64,000 bases of DNA from Cercozoa sp. M6MM (GCA_040357565.1 JBDODJ010000037.1), one strand, 5' to 3'. Counted from the stretch's first letter, positions 24,354-41,279 are shown. Notes: generated by a model not told the origin, from the sequence alone. A program made the numbers and translations.

Positions 24354-25218
24354 ATGAGTGGCAAGCCAGAAGCGATCAAAACGCCTGAAGAGGCACTGGA
24401 GGCGCTGTATTCTGCGCGTGCGGCAACGCAATTGTCGAAACTCAGCACCAAAACCCTGCTGATTGCGATACAGGTAAAATAACAAGAAACAACACCAAGA
24501 AACAAGAAAAATATACTATGTGCATGCAGTCGCTCGTCACGGAGAACATTGCCGCAGATGACGTGCCAGAGTGCCGACACTGCAAGCAACGCCTCCAACT
24601 GGCAGTGCGCAAACGCCACGGTGAGGAGGTCCTGGTCTGGTGTTGCCTAAAAAAGGCAGGCAACAACAATCGCACGCCCAAGTGCAAGAAAGAGGCGGTG
24701 CGACTCTCGACCACCAATGACGACGGCTTTCACACCGTGCTGTCTCACGGCAACGGCTCGATGAAGAATCAGTTGTTGGCGATGCACGAGTTGCTATGTA
24801 AGCGAGCAACGATCGAGTCCATGGCCGACACGGCGAATCAGGAGCACCGGTGGGCACAGTCACTGCGACGTCGTGTTTTCTGCTCACTCGCAGGCAGTGA
24901 GAGACTGCGCCAGAGCCGGTACAAGCTCGGTGAGCGTGTCTGCGGCACGGACGACGAGGAGGAGATCAAGAAACTGTGGACGTTGAAGGCCAAGGAGCTC
25001 GGGTTTGATGACTTTTTGGGCTTTGTCACCGAGATCGATGAGGTAGGTTATTTTATCCGTTGTATTGTGTAAGCTCGAAACAAAGTACCTGGGTTGTTCA
25101 GTTCTGTCTCGGCAAAAACAAGCTGTCTCGCAACCCCCATTGTCGGCCACAGCGAGATACCAGAGTGTGGGTATTCTCGATGACATTGTCCGCTCGCTTC
25201 TTTGAAAAGGTATTATAG
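24354..25218 (+). mobile_element. Merlin-superfamily (IS1595/ISXO2-like) DDE transposase, intron-containing, 3'-truncated
   Basis: Exons 24354-24473, 24530-25042 and 25102-25209 splice in frame. Zn-ribbon PECRHC...VWCC...KC, then an HTH-like region, then KLG...VTEIDE|FCLGKNK...VWVFSM, matching the ISXO2 VEIDExxxGKxK...WVFG motif. The second D and the E are missing. No TIRs found. Confidence 0.8.
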
Positions 25219-25230
25219 ACTAACTGAGCT

Positions 25231-25423
25231 CTGTCACACACAAGTGAGTGTTAATTATGCAGGACAACAACACCGAGACGCTAATTCTTACTTACAGTCA
25301 CACACAAGTGAGTGTTAATTCTGTCACACACAAGTGAGTGTTAATTATGCAGGACAACAACACCGAAACGCTAATTCTGTCACACACAAGTGAGTGTTAA
25401 TTATGCAGGACAACAACACCGAA
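25231..25423. repeat. Composite 56-bp tandem repeat (26-bp unit A x4, ~30-bp unit B x3)
   Basis: A = ctgtcacacacaagtgagtgttaatt; B = atgcaggacaacaacaccga(g/a)acgctaatt. Order is A-B-(8 nt)-A'-A-B-A-B(partial). Confidence 0.95.
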
Positions 25424-25578
25424 TTCTTTTCTTAGGCTCCACGCGTAGCGTCAGTGTAAATCTTAGTATTCCCTAGGCTAGGTTTGCTACAGTAAACTTA
25501 AATTAAAGTTGGCGGAGCCGGGTCGGTCATTATCGTATTTCAGTTCCAACTTCGTACCGGTTTGCCGTGACTCGAGTG

Positions 25579-28500
25579 TCAGTCACAGAATCCTGCCGGT
25601 AAGTCGCCGCGTCGCAAGTAGCCACTGCGACAAATGTCTCGCTTCGACTGAAGTCGACGTTCTGGGTCCCGTCGCAGCATCGACGTGACTAGAACCCAAA
25701 TCACAATTTAGTAGAACTAGATCGTTGCTTGCCGATATAGATACCAAACTTCCACATGGGACGTCGTTTGTCCTGGTCAATCTGCTCCTGTGTGCGCTGC
25801 CACGAGTACGGCGGGTATGCGGGCAGGCCCAAATACTACACACGAAGGCGCAATGAAACTTGAAAACGAACAACTGCAGGATAGAGTCGGTATGGTAAGT
25901 TACAGTCAGTTGTCGCGATTTCTCGCGGCTCATAGGACTATCAACGAAGCGAAACGGATACTCTGCGCGCCGACTCAAGCAGTAGTTGCGCATTCTGCTC
26001 GCAATATAAAAGGAATATGGTAGGTCACTGCAAATACTGAAAAGTTATATTATAAATAATGCCGAAAACCCAGCTTGAGTACCTCCACAAGGTAATACCC
26101 AGCGACCAGTAGTCAGAAGCAGGACCAACGTCGTAGTTTTCCCACTGTTTTTTTTTATATAGAGGGATGACAAGCAGTGAGGAAATTCACTCTACTATAC
26201 CATATGACACACAAATTTACAGGAACCCAACGGCGCCAGTTGGTGTACGACAGCCATTTGATTCGCCATTGTTCGGGAGAAAAGTATTTCCTTGTACCAC
26301 CTAAGAGTGATATGATGCTTCAGTTAGGCCAGTTTTGATGTAATACCAAGTTAAATTTATCAATACCCGTTCGACCAAATCGCTGCCAGTACGACTCCGT
26401 AAACACAGCATTACTCAGATCGCCTACCCAATGTCACCAAACGAAGTAGCTAGATTTGCGGATTCGGTTTCAACGTGCTTGATGAATTTCATGATACCCA
26501 GCATGATTCTACCACCGGTACTGACGAACACGTTCGCTGCTTTGACGTCGCGGTGTACAATCCCGAGTGAATGGAGCGCATTCAAAGCGGCGACGAGACG
26601 AGCTGACAGCCAGCGAAACAGTCGAGTCTCTCGACTGTAATGTAAACAAGTATTTCTACCAATGTAACACAAGCAATTTCGTGATCAGAATTCTTAATCG
26701 TACCTAGTCGCATTAAACATGAGAGCCATCGATTCTGGGTATGGCAAGACGTCAACTTCCTCTGTGCATCAAGTTTCGGATTGTACTGTCAACTACACAC
26801 TTGCTACCATTGCGCTCCAGTTTTTCAATGCGGAGTTCACCAACGTCGCCATTGTACCTGCGTTTTACCGTTTCGATAGTAAGATTGTCAGAAGACCATG
26901 CGATATCCGTACCAGGAGCAGAAAGAGCGTCGTTGATCCCACAGTGAACCGAGCTCACCAAGTTCGAAACCTAAAACAAAAGGGTATATCTGTCATGTGT
27001 CAATGCTCGAGGTATGTAATTGCCGACAAGCTACTGCCTGTACCTATTATCGCGAACTCACGCGCTTCTGCTGCTTCGGTTGCGAACCCTCGACGTCGCC
27101 TGTAAATTATAATCACACGATAATTACCCACCTCTCTTGAATTACACGAGCGACGAAGGGCGCTCAGTACCACCAGGCAGAGTTACGCGTGCGCGCGTCA
27201 TCCGACAGAGAAACGAACGCGTCGTTCATATTTTTCGTGCTACCATGCGACAGTTCTCTTCTGCACATTATGTGTTCGAAAGAGTATACAACTAAAAATA
27301 ACATCGAACAGAACATCTTACAACCAAAATTCAGAGTCCGAATCCATATCAAACGAGTCTCCTATGTGATTTAACTGGTGGGTCAAAAAAAAAAAGTACA
27401 CGAGTTTGCAATCAGTTTACCTTCCCCGGCAGCATCTATTCGTGCACCGAGCCACAATGCATCTTCCGGAGACACCTAAATTTAGACATATTCGTGAAAA
27501 TTGAAACTGCACAATGTCAACGTGATGTAGCTTTATAACGACAATTTGTTACCACTGAAGCAAACAGAGGTCGCACAAACATCTCTGCTAGCTCTGTCTT
27601 TCCTGCTACACTCGTTTTAATATAATTGGTCATTCAAGGTAAAGTACCTTGTTTTATCAACTTGTCTCGCACGTAGCGCGCAATGCTTGTTTCGTGTCGC
27701 ATGGCGCGTCGATCCCAACTGTCGCGCACTACCTCAACCTGTAAAATGCCAGCCCCCCGTTAAGACACGACTCGGAGGCAATCGTCTACAATATGGGATA
27801 AATTTACCTTGACTGCGATCACGCTTTTGGTGGGTAAATGCTCTGCGGCAAAAACGCGACCGATGGCACCGCTGCCAAGCTCGTACAGCGGCTTCAGCTG
27901 ATGGATCGTCACTAACTCTTGACATACCTTCGTCTTGTAGTTGTTCTATATCCCGCACACAAACGTGTCTCATGTTTAATGTAGAAGGCTGGTATCATAC
28001 GTAGGCAGGGTCGAGCGTTACGTAGTCACACATGTCATTAAACAATGCTGTGTGATGCACGGGGAGCCACTTTGTCCGCAGAGCTAGCACAAGACACGCA
28101 GCTGTTAAGGGGTTCAGTACAACGAACAAACTAAATTTACCTCCGATGCCCGCTCTTAAGATTAAAGCCATTGAGATCACAACGAGCTACAGGTGAGTTG
28201 ATGATGCAATGCAAAACAAGTGATGGATAAGGTTAGGGGTATCGTACCAACCAAACGACATCAACATAGTAGAGTGGAGGGGAAAGCTGTTTCTTGTCGG
28301 CAGTTTTAGGGCCCTTTGTGGTGTCACTGTCACCACTATTGTTGCTTTCTGCAATAATCCGAAGCTACAAGATATTCACAAAACAAATAAGAAAAGGAAC
28401 GTACTTCGTCGACGCATGTTTTGATCCTTTAGCAGTCGGGCTGTCTCCCAATTACTGGGTCCATCGCTTTCATCTTGTCGCACCTTTCGTTTCGCGCGTC

Positions 28501-28648
28501 CAATAACTGCCCGCATTGCCTTGTACCGATTCATGCTGGCGTGATACGCCCATTTGTACAACCGTCGAGTCGGACACACCGTTGCTTCCTTGACGACATC
28601 AAACAGCGCGATCACCAACCTTCGTGCTCGGCAGCGAATTTGTCTCAT
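25579..28648 (-). CDS. Divergent Ser/Thr protein kinase with a probable N-terminal extension (linkage of the 27400-28648 exons is inferred)
   Basis: ALNALHSLGIVHRDVKAANVFV (26500-26590), LG|DLS in place of DFG, TRKYFSPEQ, SDYWSLGITLW, and SMLRRDPERRL (subdomain XI). Stop at 25579-25581. Confidence 0.7.
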
Positions 28649-28928
28649 TTCCTCCGATAGAAGTGGCGAACGTCCTGCACTAACTATTAGAACACAAAGA
28701 GACGATTGGGTTTAAAAACCCCGTACGGGTTAACTCGGGTTTTGAACTTGCATTTTTCTTGAGGAAATACCAAACCTAAAAAGGAAGAATACTCAAAAAA
28801 AAAAACCTAAAAAAGAATACGTTTTTTGTTTACAGCACGGTGCAGCACAATCATTGCACTGGTGTGCAGACGCGTGCGCGTAGTTGCTAGTTCCCATTAG
28901 TCCGCTTCGAATCTCTATCGAGTGACAT

Positions 28929-31088
28929 ATGCGACGGTGCGCCTGCGATTTTGTCATGTGTGTCCGACTGTTGTTGTGATACTGTATGATGTCCTCTCAG
29001 CGCGCTTTCGACCTACTCAGGCGACGATGCTGTAAGCTGAAGATGCGTTCTTGTGTTTTTGTCTAAGCTTCCAGCTGCGCTCAGGAGCGTGCTTTGCGGA
29101 AAGCCACGTTTGCAGATGATGATGTGCCCAAGGTATCACACCTGACCCGTGGGGTACTGCGCCTGCTAAGTTAGAATGTTTCGTCTGCAGGAAAAGCACG
29201 TGCAATTACTGATCAGTTTGGTCAACTCACACGGCTCCACCGTACTTTCTGCACTGCACTGGCAGCCACTTTTTTGCACCTTGTGTGTGTGTACGCTATG
29301 CGCACAGAAACTGGCAGAGCTGCTGGCGCGGAGACTACGCGCGCAGCAGCGCTGGGAGCCTGTGCTGAAGACGCTTGTTGTGCTGGTCCGTCGCTGTTTA
29401 GACTCTATTGTTTCTGTGTGCCTGTATGTGTCTGTGTGCCTGTATGTGTCTGTGTGCCTNNNNNNNNNNTGTCTGTGTGCCTGTATGTGTCTGTGTGCCT
29501 GTATGTGTCTGTGTGCTTGTATGTGTCTGTGCTTGTATGTGTCTGTGTGTCTGTGTGTCTGTGTATGCAGCACCGCTTAATGCGCGAGGCAAACGCCGGC
29601 CCTGCGCAGCGGTTGGCGCAGCGCCTTCTCTCGCAACATGCGCACGTTTTCGACCTAGCGTCGTTTTTGGACAAGAAAGACACGTACCCTGTTTATACAG
29701 CTACGCCAGCTGCGTCTGTGTCTTGTATCTGTGTCTACCGTATACATCCATCGCAGAATGGCCTGGGGTCAGTCAACCTTCATTCGACTTTATGGCTCCT
29801 ATTTGGTACGATTTTTACAGGGACACACACACACACACACACCCACGTGCACATATGTGTGCAGCACGAGAAGACGCTGAGTGTCGCGACGCTCGGTTAC
29901 GATGTGCCAGAGCGACTGTACGAACCTCTCTGTGTATCTCTGCAATGTGTCGGGAAGTGGGGTATGCATGCAGGAAGAGATCACGTGCGGCGACGCTGCG
30001 CGAGTGGCAAACGGTACCACTCTGCTCTGTCTCTGTCTTGGTGTGTGCTGATGAAACTGAGTTCTCCATATGCGCGCAGACCAACAGTCACGCGTTGAGT
30101 GAGATGGCCCCGCTGCTGCTTGCGCAACTCAATGCGATCGTACTCTTTCAACAACCTTTGACCGTCTATTCGTCGTGTAGCGTACCTTGCCCTTGTTCAG
30201 GTGAAGTGCGAAATGTACCAACAAGAGGGCCGCGTGGCGTCTGCTGTCTCCGCCATGCTGCTGATGCTGAAGGATGCAATGCCTCTGTTTGCTGCTGTTT
30301 CGACCCTGTCCCTTAATGGTACTTCATTCTCTGCACGCGTACCTGTCTATCTGTATCTGTCCATTTCGTCTAATGAGTGTGTTATTGTGCAGTGCTGCAG
30401 TCGTATAAACGCATGCGTGCGTCGCAGCTGCGCGCGTCGCTGCCGCTGTGCACGTCGTTCGCCGCACTCGTCGCCGCCTTCCGCGAGTGGGCGTCGGTGT
30501 GACTGCCTATGTTCTCACGTTCCTCTATTCTGCGTGTTGATGCTGTGCTTTGTGTGGGTAGCAACTCATTCGAACGGGCATTGTGCGGCAAGACATGCTG
30601 CCGGTATTCCTTCGCGTCTCTGCGCGCGCGTGCGCGCGTGTGTGTGTGTGTGTGTGTGTGTCGAAAGTTACCACTATTGCGTTGGTCTTTGCTCTGCTTA
30701 GGAGTTCTGCGCGCTGCCAGAGAGCACGTTGGAGCAAATGCAGGCTCATTTGGACGACCTTGAACGCGGCGATCATCACGACAGTGACCGCAGTGATCAC
30801 GACGATGATCATTGCGACGACCGGTACTGTGATCACTTCGACGATCAGAATGAATCGTTGCGTGACGTTCTCGGTGCCGACGTGCACGTCGACGTTCATG
30901 CTGTACATTTTCTCTGTCTTCAAGCTGTGTGCTGTCGCACGGGCTGCGCTGGACAGGACTCGGATGATGACTTTGACCCACGCGCGATCAGCACCAGCAA
31001 CAACACTGCCACTGGTACCAGTAGCACCTTGAACCAACACAAGGACGTCACGGTGGACGACTTTTTCGACGACTTTCTGTCGTCCTAG
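28929..31088 (+). CDS. ANTH-domain clathrin assembly protein (AP180/CALM/PICALM family)
   Basis: Spliced ERALRKATFADDDVPK|EKHVQLLI (PIP2-binding KAT...PKxKH motif), WEPVLKTLVVL|HRLMRE, LLMLKDAMPLF and LPESTLEQMQAHL. The acidic tail contains DDDFDP and DDFFDDF. Confidence 0.85.
29415..29565. repeat. Intronic 18-bp minisatellite (ctgtatgtgtctgtgtgc)n with an N-gap
   Basis: Repeat visible directly; 10-N gap at 29460-29469. Confidence 0.9.
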
Positions 31089-31416
31089 GCTGCCAGCCAT
31101 CGCCGGCGCATTCATTCGATTTTCTTGTACAAATTGTACGGTAGCGTAGGTCGGGTTACGATACTTGACGCGAGCTCCTCACAGCGTTGTATAATTTGTA
31201 TCGCACGCGTAGCGTAGTCGAGTACACAAGACAACACTACTTAGTCGGTTTCTTAGAACTCACAGCAAGTCAGGCAGAAATGCAGTATCAATCCAACCTC
31301 GCGTTTTTGCAAGGGGAGCAGATGACAGGTTTCCGCGCGGATCCAGTTCGAGTTTAGACGTGCTGCAACAGCTTCGCTAGCATCTGACAGAGGAGCCCAA
31401 GCTACCGTCACAGCCG

Positions 31417-32304
31417 ATGACTGATCCCGAACAGAAGTCCCAGAGCGCTTCAGACGAGCTTGTTGCAGAGAAACAGCCGTCTGCATCTGACACGGAAAAA
31501 GTTGAAGCACAACAAGAAGAAAGCGCCAGTGCTGAGACGAGCGAATTTGAAGTTCTCGTGACCAACGTGCCTAAAACGATACTTATCGCCATCGATGATA
31601 ACGATCCCAGCGAAAAAGCGCTCGCGTTTGCGTGCAAGCACTTTTTGCAGCCTCCTGATCGGGTTATCCTTATGACCGTGCGACCAGAGCCACCGGTACA
31701 AACGTTGTAAACCTGCAGATTCAGGCAACTACTAATCGAAGCACAGGTCTGGGTCACCCGCGCCACGAAGGACGAGTTTGTGCGTCACTTCTCAACGCTC
31801 GTTAACCTTCTTGAGAAGCACCGCGGAAGGATTTTCATGGACGTAAATTGTTTTAACACAAAATCCACCGAGTTTGGACTACAACAGCTGAGTGTTGTGT
31901 AGCACAACATCGACTGTGAGACGCACATTGGCATAGGTGATGCACGTGACGAAATTGTTGAGTATGCAAAGGAGCAAAAGGTGGATGTAATTGTGCTTGG
32001 TTCGTCAAGCAAGGTAATATTACAGTAAATGAACTGCGACTTGGGCATTTGTTTGAGGCAGAGGTTGCTGTGGGTTTAGTCACGCCTGAATTTGGGAAGC
32101 GTCTCTCAGCATGTTGTCGTAAGTTCTTGGATGTGTAAATATAAATTTGCTACCGCGGCGTACGAACAGGCCAACGCGCATTGTGCTGTGACTGTTGTTC
32201 GCGGCGAACCAAAGGCCGGCCCCCTTCGTCGCTTAAGCAGAAGACTTTCATTTTCTCGGCGAAGTCGGACGGGCGAAATCGATACACCGACGACTTCCCC
32301 GTGA
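31417..32304 (+). CDS. Universal stress protein (UspA family)
   Basis: KTILIAIDDNDPSEKALAFA, IGDARDEIVEYAKEQKVDVIVLGS, LGSVSQHVV and AHCAVTVVR are canonical USP motifs. Confidence 0.92.
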
Positions 32305-32630
32305 TAATGCGTTCGCGTGTTTCGTTTTCCTCGGCGATCCCTTGGCATGTGCATGACTTCGCTCGCGATAGGAACTTCAAGAGGAGCATGCAAGTCAATG
32401 GGCGGAAAATGCGACCGTGGCGAAACGTAAACTGCACGCACGGCAACGAGATCTAAAAAAACAAAGGAAAAAGGGGTTTTTACAGTCGTGCGGTGGTCTC
32501 TTTCGTGTAATTTGTAGTGCATGTAGTGACAGTGAGAAAGATAGTAATAGTTGGATCCCTCACTGTACTATCGACAGATAGCGTCAGACTTTAGTCAATA
32601 GTGTGCGGCTGTAGTCAGAAATACCGCGCA

Positions 32631-32768
32631 CTATCCCCATCCGATTTGCTCCCCCCCCCCCCGCGCTCTCCTGGTATAGCCCGTGGGCCATCTCGGGCGG
32701 GCTCGGAGACTATACCCGTATAGTTCACCAGCACGTCAAAGGGTGGGGCACAAAACGGATGGGGATAG
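32631..32768. repeat. Inverted-repeat-bounded ~138-bp element (MITE-like hairpin)
   Basis: ctatccccatccg (32631-32643) and cggatggggatag (32756-32768) form a perfect 13-bp inverted repeat that extends imperfectly inward. There is an internal hairpin actatac-cc-gtatagt. Confidence 0.6.
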
Positions 32769-32910
32769 CACAGGGACTAGATTTTATCCCGATTAAATGC
32801 TGGCACTATCCGGCTAAATGCTGGATATAGGATTTGAAGGGGTCACAAGCAACTTTTGGTATGAAGTTGATGGAAAACGATACTAATAGGATGAGTGCGG
32901 ATGGAGTCAG

Positions 32911-33783
32911 TCAGAATATCGAAGCCCCGGGGAGTGACGTGATGTGTTTGGTACCGTTACTTGTTTTGTCGTCTACACACTGTAGCACAATATGTTGCCT
33001 ATTGACTAAAGTCATAGTCAGGTGCATCGTCGTCCATCGCCCCTGGCATATTGAATGCCATATCGTCCTGCGCGTCCTGTTTCTGAATGGCCATCGATGC
33101 GACATGTTCACCTGCGGAGTTGATAGAAGTGGTACTGAAGCAGGAGGCATGCGCAGAACAGCACCGGCGCGCGTGCAAGCGCTGGCCAACAGTTGGTTCT
33201 CAAGCCGATGCGCAGCCTTGTCCGCCTGCGCACAAAGAACGGACATGTTCCCGGCAGATTGCAGTGAGATAAATAAAAAGGTACCATGTCGATGGCGACT
33301 TCAAATGCGTTGCTCCGTGTGTTCTTTTGTTGCGACAGCAGGACCTTGGAATGCGAGTCCACGCGACCCGTCAACGAACCCTCAATGATCATCTAAACAA
33401 CAGTGACAAAATGTCGTCGACACCGACACAAATACAGGAAAAATACATTCACAAGCTCGTGCTCCAAACTGGTCACCGTCGTGCCTGATGAATGGTCGCA
33501 TACCAACAATAAAAAGGAGACATGTCATAAGACTTAGGAGCATGGCAAAATACTGAACGCTGCTGCCATTTTCGTGATCGATGCCGCTGCGTACGGTTCG
33601 CAGTACCTGCAGACATAAATGTACACCACACACGCATTTGTAACATTGGTCTACGACAAAAAGTACGTTCGAACGGCTGCAGCCCGCGCTTTCTTTTGTA
33701 AGTCCACCACCAAAGTGAACTAAAAGTACACATACATAGCATTGTCGGATCCATGTATACAGACACATCGACACATCACATCG

Positions 33784-33815
<32 letters not shown>

Positions 33816-34036
33816 ACACACACACGATAGGAGCAGTACCAAGAATGGGTGTAGCTTGCATTCTGCGAACAGAACACAGACACATACATACAAACGCACA
33901 TGCAGATTCAGGCACGGATGCACCTTCGACCGTGAGAGTAATCAGCGAGAGGAACTCGGTGAAGCGACTCGACAGAAAGGCATGCAGTGCGCGCACCGAT
34001 GCGTTCACGTTGTGCTCAGACTGCAGACGAACATAC

Positions 34037-34086
<50 letters not shown>

Positions 34087-34096
34087 NNNNNNNNNN

Positions 34097-34144
<48 letters not shown>

Positions 34145-34362
34145 ATACATAGAATCAACAGAAAAGGCACAATGAGAGGCGACAAGTGCTTATTGTCCAG
34201 AAGACGAGTCTTAAGTTCGTTCCGCGGCAGGCGTGCCAGAGCAAGGAGGCACACAATATCCTGAGTACACCGTTAACCAATATACTCCGTCATTATACAC
34301 GAGAAACACACATACAAGAGAGAAACATACCACCAAGGCAGAAGGGAACAGGATGCGCGACT

Positions 34363-34438
<76 letters not shown>

Positions 34439-35037
34439 GGCACTTGTCACCCCAACGCAAATCTGGGATGCGATACCACAGGCGACTCGGCGTACTCCGG
34501 CGATAGCAGTACAAAGTAGTCAACGGCATTCTGCATAGACGTATTCAAAATAGACGTATTCAAAATAGTAGGGTTGTCTGAGTGACAGGATGTACCAGGA
34601 GCTTCTTGTTTCGTAGTTCTTGCAGCGCCAATGTTGCCTGTGCATAATCGCATCACTGCGTAAAACGTACATATACACATGGGTATGTACCAAAGCACCG
34701 CAGACGTAGCGGTTGGCCGCGGGTCGGCGACGCTTGGAGAACACTCGTCGCGGCGTGTCCGCGTACATACTGTAGTGCACACACAGGGAAGTCGCAAGTA
34801 CACATGTACCGCTAGCTGTGGTGCACTCAAACGAAAGTACGAGTCTTCTTTTAGGGTGCGGTTCGCCCAGTTGCGCGCGGCTCTGTCGTTCGCACTCGTT
34901 GGTACTTAATACGCATCCAAACAAACGCAGGTGGGACAAAGTGTACGTGAAGTCATTGGCACACAAAGCAAGCACAATGCCGCGTTCGCACACCGAAAGA
35001 ATCGTCTGCCTGGCCTTCTGTGCACAGAAAGCATGTG

Positions 35038-35089
<52 letters not shown>

Positions 35090-35236
35090 TACATGTATCG
35101 TATTTGCCGATCACAGGATGCCGCCGGCTCCAANNNNNNNNNNNNNNNNNNNNNNNNNNNNNNNNNNNNNNNNNNNNNNNNNNNNNNNNNNNNNNNNNNN
35201 NNNNNNNNNNNNNNNNNNNNNNNNNNNNNNNNNCTT

Positions 35237-35315
<79 letters not shown>

Positions 35316-35951
35316 CTACTCGTAGTTACGCAGGTGTACCATTGTGCGAGCGACCTGGTAGGCGCCCTGTAGCGCGTTCTGTGCTTTGTGCGGCTCGCCG
35401 GTGGAGCTTTGGAGCTGCGCCAGCTGCAGCTGCAACTGGACTTGCGTCTCCAGCGCGGCGTCCTGCTGACTCATCTTGAGCTGGCGCTTCAGCTGCTCCA
35501 GCTCACTCTGCGGAACATTCATGTCGGACAAAGTGTACGCGAAGTCATCGGCACACGGTACAAGCATCACACCAACAAAACACTGAGTACCTGCACGGAG
35601 GAAGCGGCGCGACCCTCCCAAACCGCGTCCGTCTGAACGTCCATGTTGTGCTGCACGCACAGGCACAAAAATCCACACATGCACCACACATGCAAGAAAC
35701 GCCGATTTGGTCCGTACCCGACGTGCAAGAGCCACAAGTTGCCGCACGAGCTTGACGTCCTTGGAGTTCGTCTGAACATGCTGCAGCGCGATTTGGATTG
35801 CCAGCCCTGGCTGCACCTTTTGGTGCACAAGGTGCTGCATGTGTTGCGCCTGTGAGGGCACAAATAATCACAAAGATCAACATCACAGAAAAATGCTCAG
35901 TACCACTGCCTCTGGCAGCAGCTGTTGCGACAACTCGTGTAAATTCAACAT
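32911..35951 (-). CDS. GPS1: COP9 signalosome subunit 1 (PCI domain), divergent; 3' end approximate
   Basis: MIIEGSLTGRVDSHSKVLLSQQKNTRSNAFEVAIDM compares with CSN1 [23 protein letters not shown]. Also CLLALARLPRNELKTRLLDN and ELEQLKRQLK...TGEPHKAQNALQGAYQVAR. Start MLNLHEL at 35951. Confidence 0.75.
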
Positions 35952-36254
35952 CTGCCAAGCCAGTCAAACTTCGTGATCAATTATGGGCTTTCCAATGCAA
36001 GAACGACACTGTCGTGCTTCTGGGGTTAAGTGAATGCAACTTAGCTAAGTGAAACCACCCGTGGGCACATTAAGTGACTGCAGAAAACCCAACCCGGCTA
36101 CTGGTCCAGGAACTTGAAAACCAACAAAAAAAGAAAACTCGAATGCGTCGGCAGTTGGCCAGTATTCAAAACCAGTGAAGGCCATCGTCATTGATGTGTT
36201 TACATTACATGATCATCATGAACGGAGTGTTCTGACCACTGGACCAACCAAGAG

Positions 36255-40103
<3,849 letters not shown>

Positions 40104-40541
40104 TGGGTGGCAGAGATCAAAGACTGACTGCAGCGTACACACGCCTCACCGGTTTTCAGACGACGGCGTCGACAGGAAGGGAACTGTACGGAACAACATC
40201 GATAGCAGATCTTTGAGACCTTACAGTGCAAAAAGTACCACATCCGACGCTATTGAACCAGAGTTGTTAAACTGGGCGCAGCCGCCCACAGCTATTTGGC
40301 GGCTATAGCTGTCAAAAACGGTGTTTGTCTTTGCAATTGAGCTTGCGTCGTCGGCCACTGCTTGTAAATTAGTATCGGAATCGAATTACAGCAAAAAAAA
40401 AAAAAAAAAAAAACAACTACACGCCGCCACTTGGTTCGTTGTTTTCGCCTGGTGGCGTTGTTTTCGCGCCAAGCCAGCTGCCGGATTTTAGTTCAACCTC
40501 ACGCACACGACGAGTCTCCAAGCCGAGCAAGGACGGGAAGG

Positions 40542-41243
40542 TTACTCGACCTGGTCGCCGAACAGACGCAAAAAGGCGCGATTACGCAAGACCTCGTCGC
40601 GCAAGCCATGAGCCACCACCTGTATGCAGTTTAAGTAGCGCACACATTGGCAACATCACTCCGTGTGACCCTGGATACCTCGCCCTTGTCGAGAACGGCG
40701 ACGTGTGTAGCCACTTCCTTTACCTACAGGGAACCACAAGTTACTTGTGCATGCGTGAACACAAGCATGCGAACTACGGTGGAGTGTCGGTGCGCCACAA
40801 TGACGACAGCTGCTCCCGCCGCGACCATCTCGCGCACTTGGCGCAGCACGCTCTGCTCCGTCGCGCCGTCCAGAGCCGAGGTCGGCTCGTCCTACATGTC
40901 AACATCCACATACACACACACACACACCCAAGTTATGCACACGCATAACGAACAAGCCAAGGTGACTACCAAGATGACGAGCTGCGCATCGCGGCGCATC
41001 CACGCGCGCGCCAGTGCAAGTCGCTGTCGCTCGCCGCCACTGAGCGTTTGTCCGCGCTGATGCAGACACTCGTCTTGTCCGTGCGGAAGTTCATCGATGA
41101 CCTGACGAACGTGGGCCTGCTCGAGTGCGAGGTGCAGCTGCTTGGGCGACGCGTTGCTTTGAGTGTCAGCAAGGCGCAGGTTGTCTGCCGTCGACATTGA
41201 GAAAAGTGACGGGTCCTGCGGCACTCTATGTGTGCGTCATCCG

Positions 41244-41279
<36 letters not shown>

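Noticed and set aside
25231-25423. CRISPR-like repeat-spacer appearance
   Set aside because: The would-be spacers are identical copies of unit B, there are no cas genes, and the context is eukaryotic. It is a tandem repeat.
24160-25560. Terminal inverted repeats for the Merlin element (ggggaaccc at 24160; gcctaag/cttaggc)
   Set aside because: No matching right end beyond a 7-bp chance-level match, and no TSD found.
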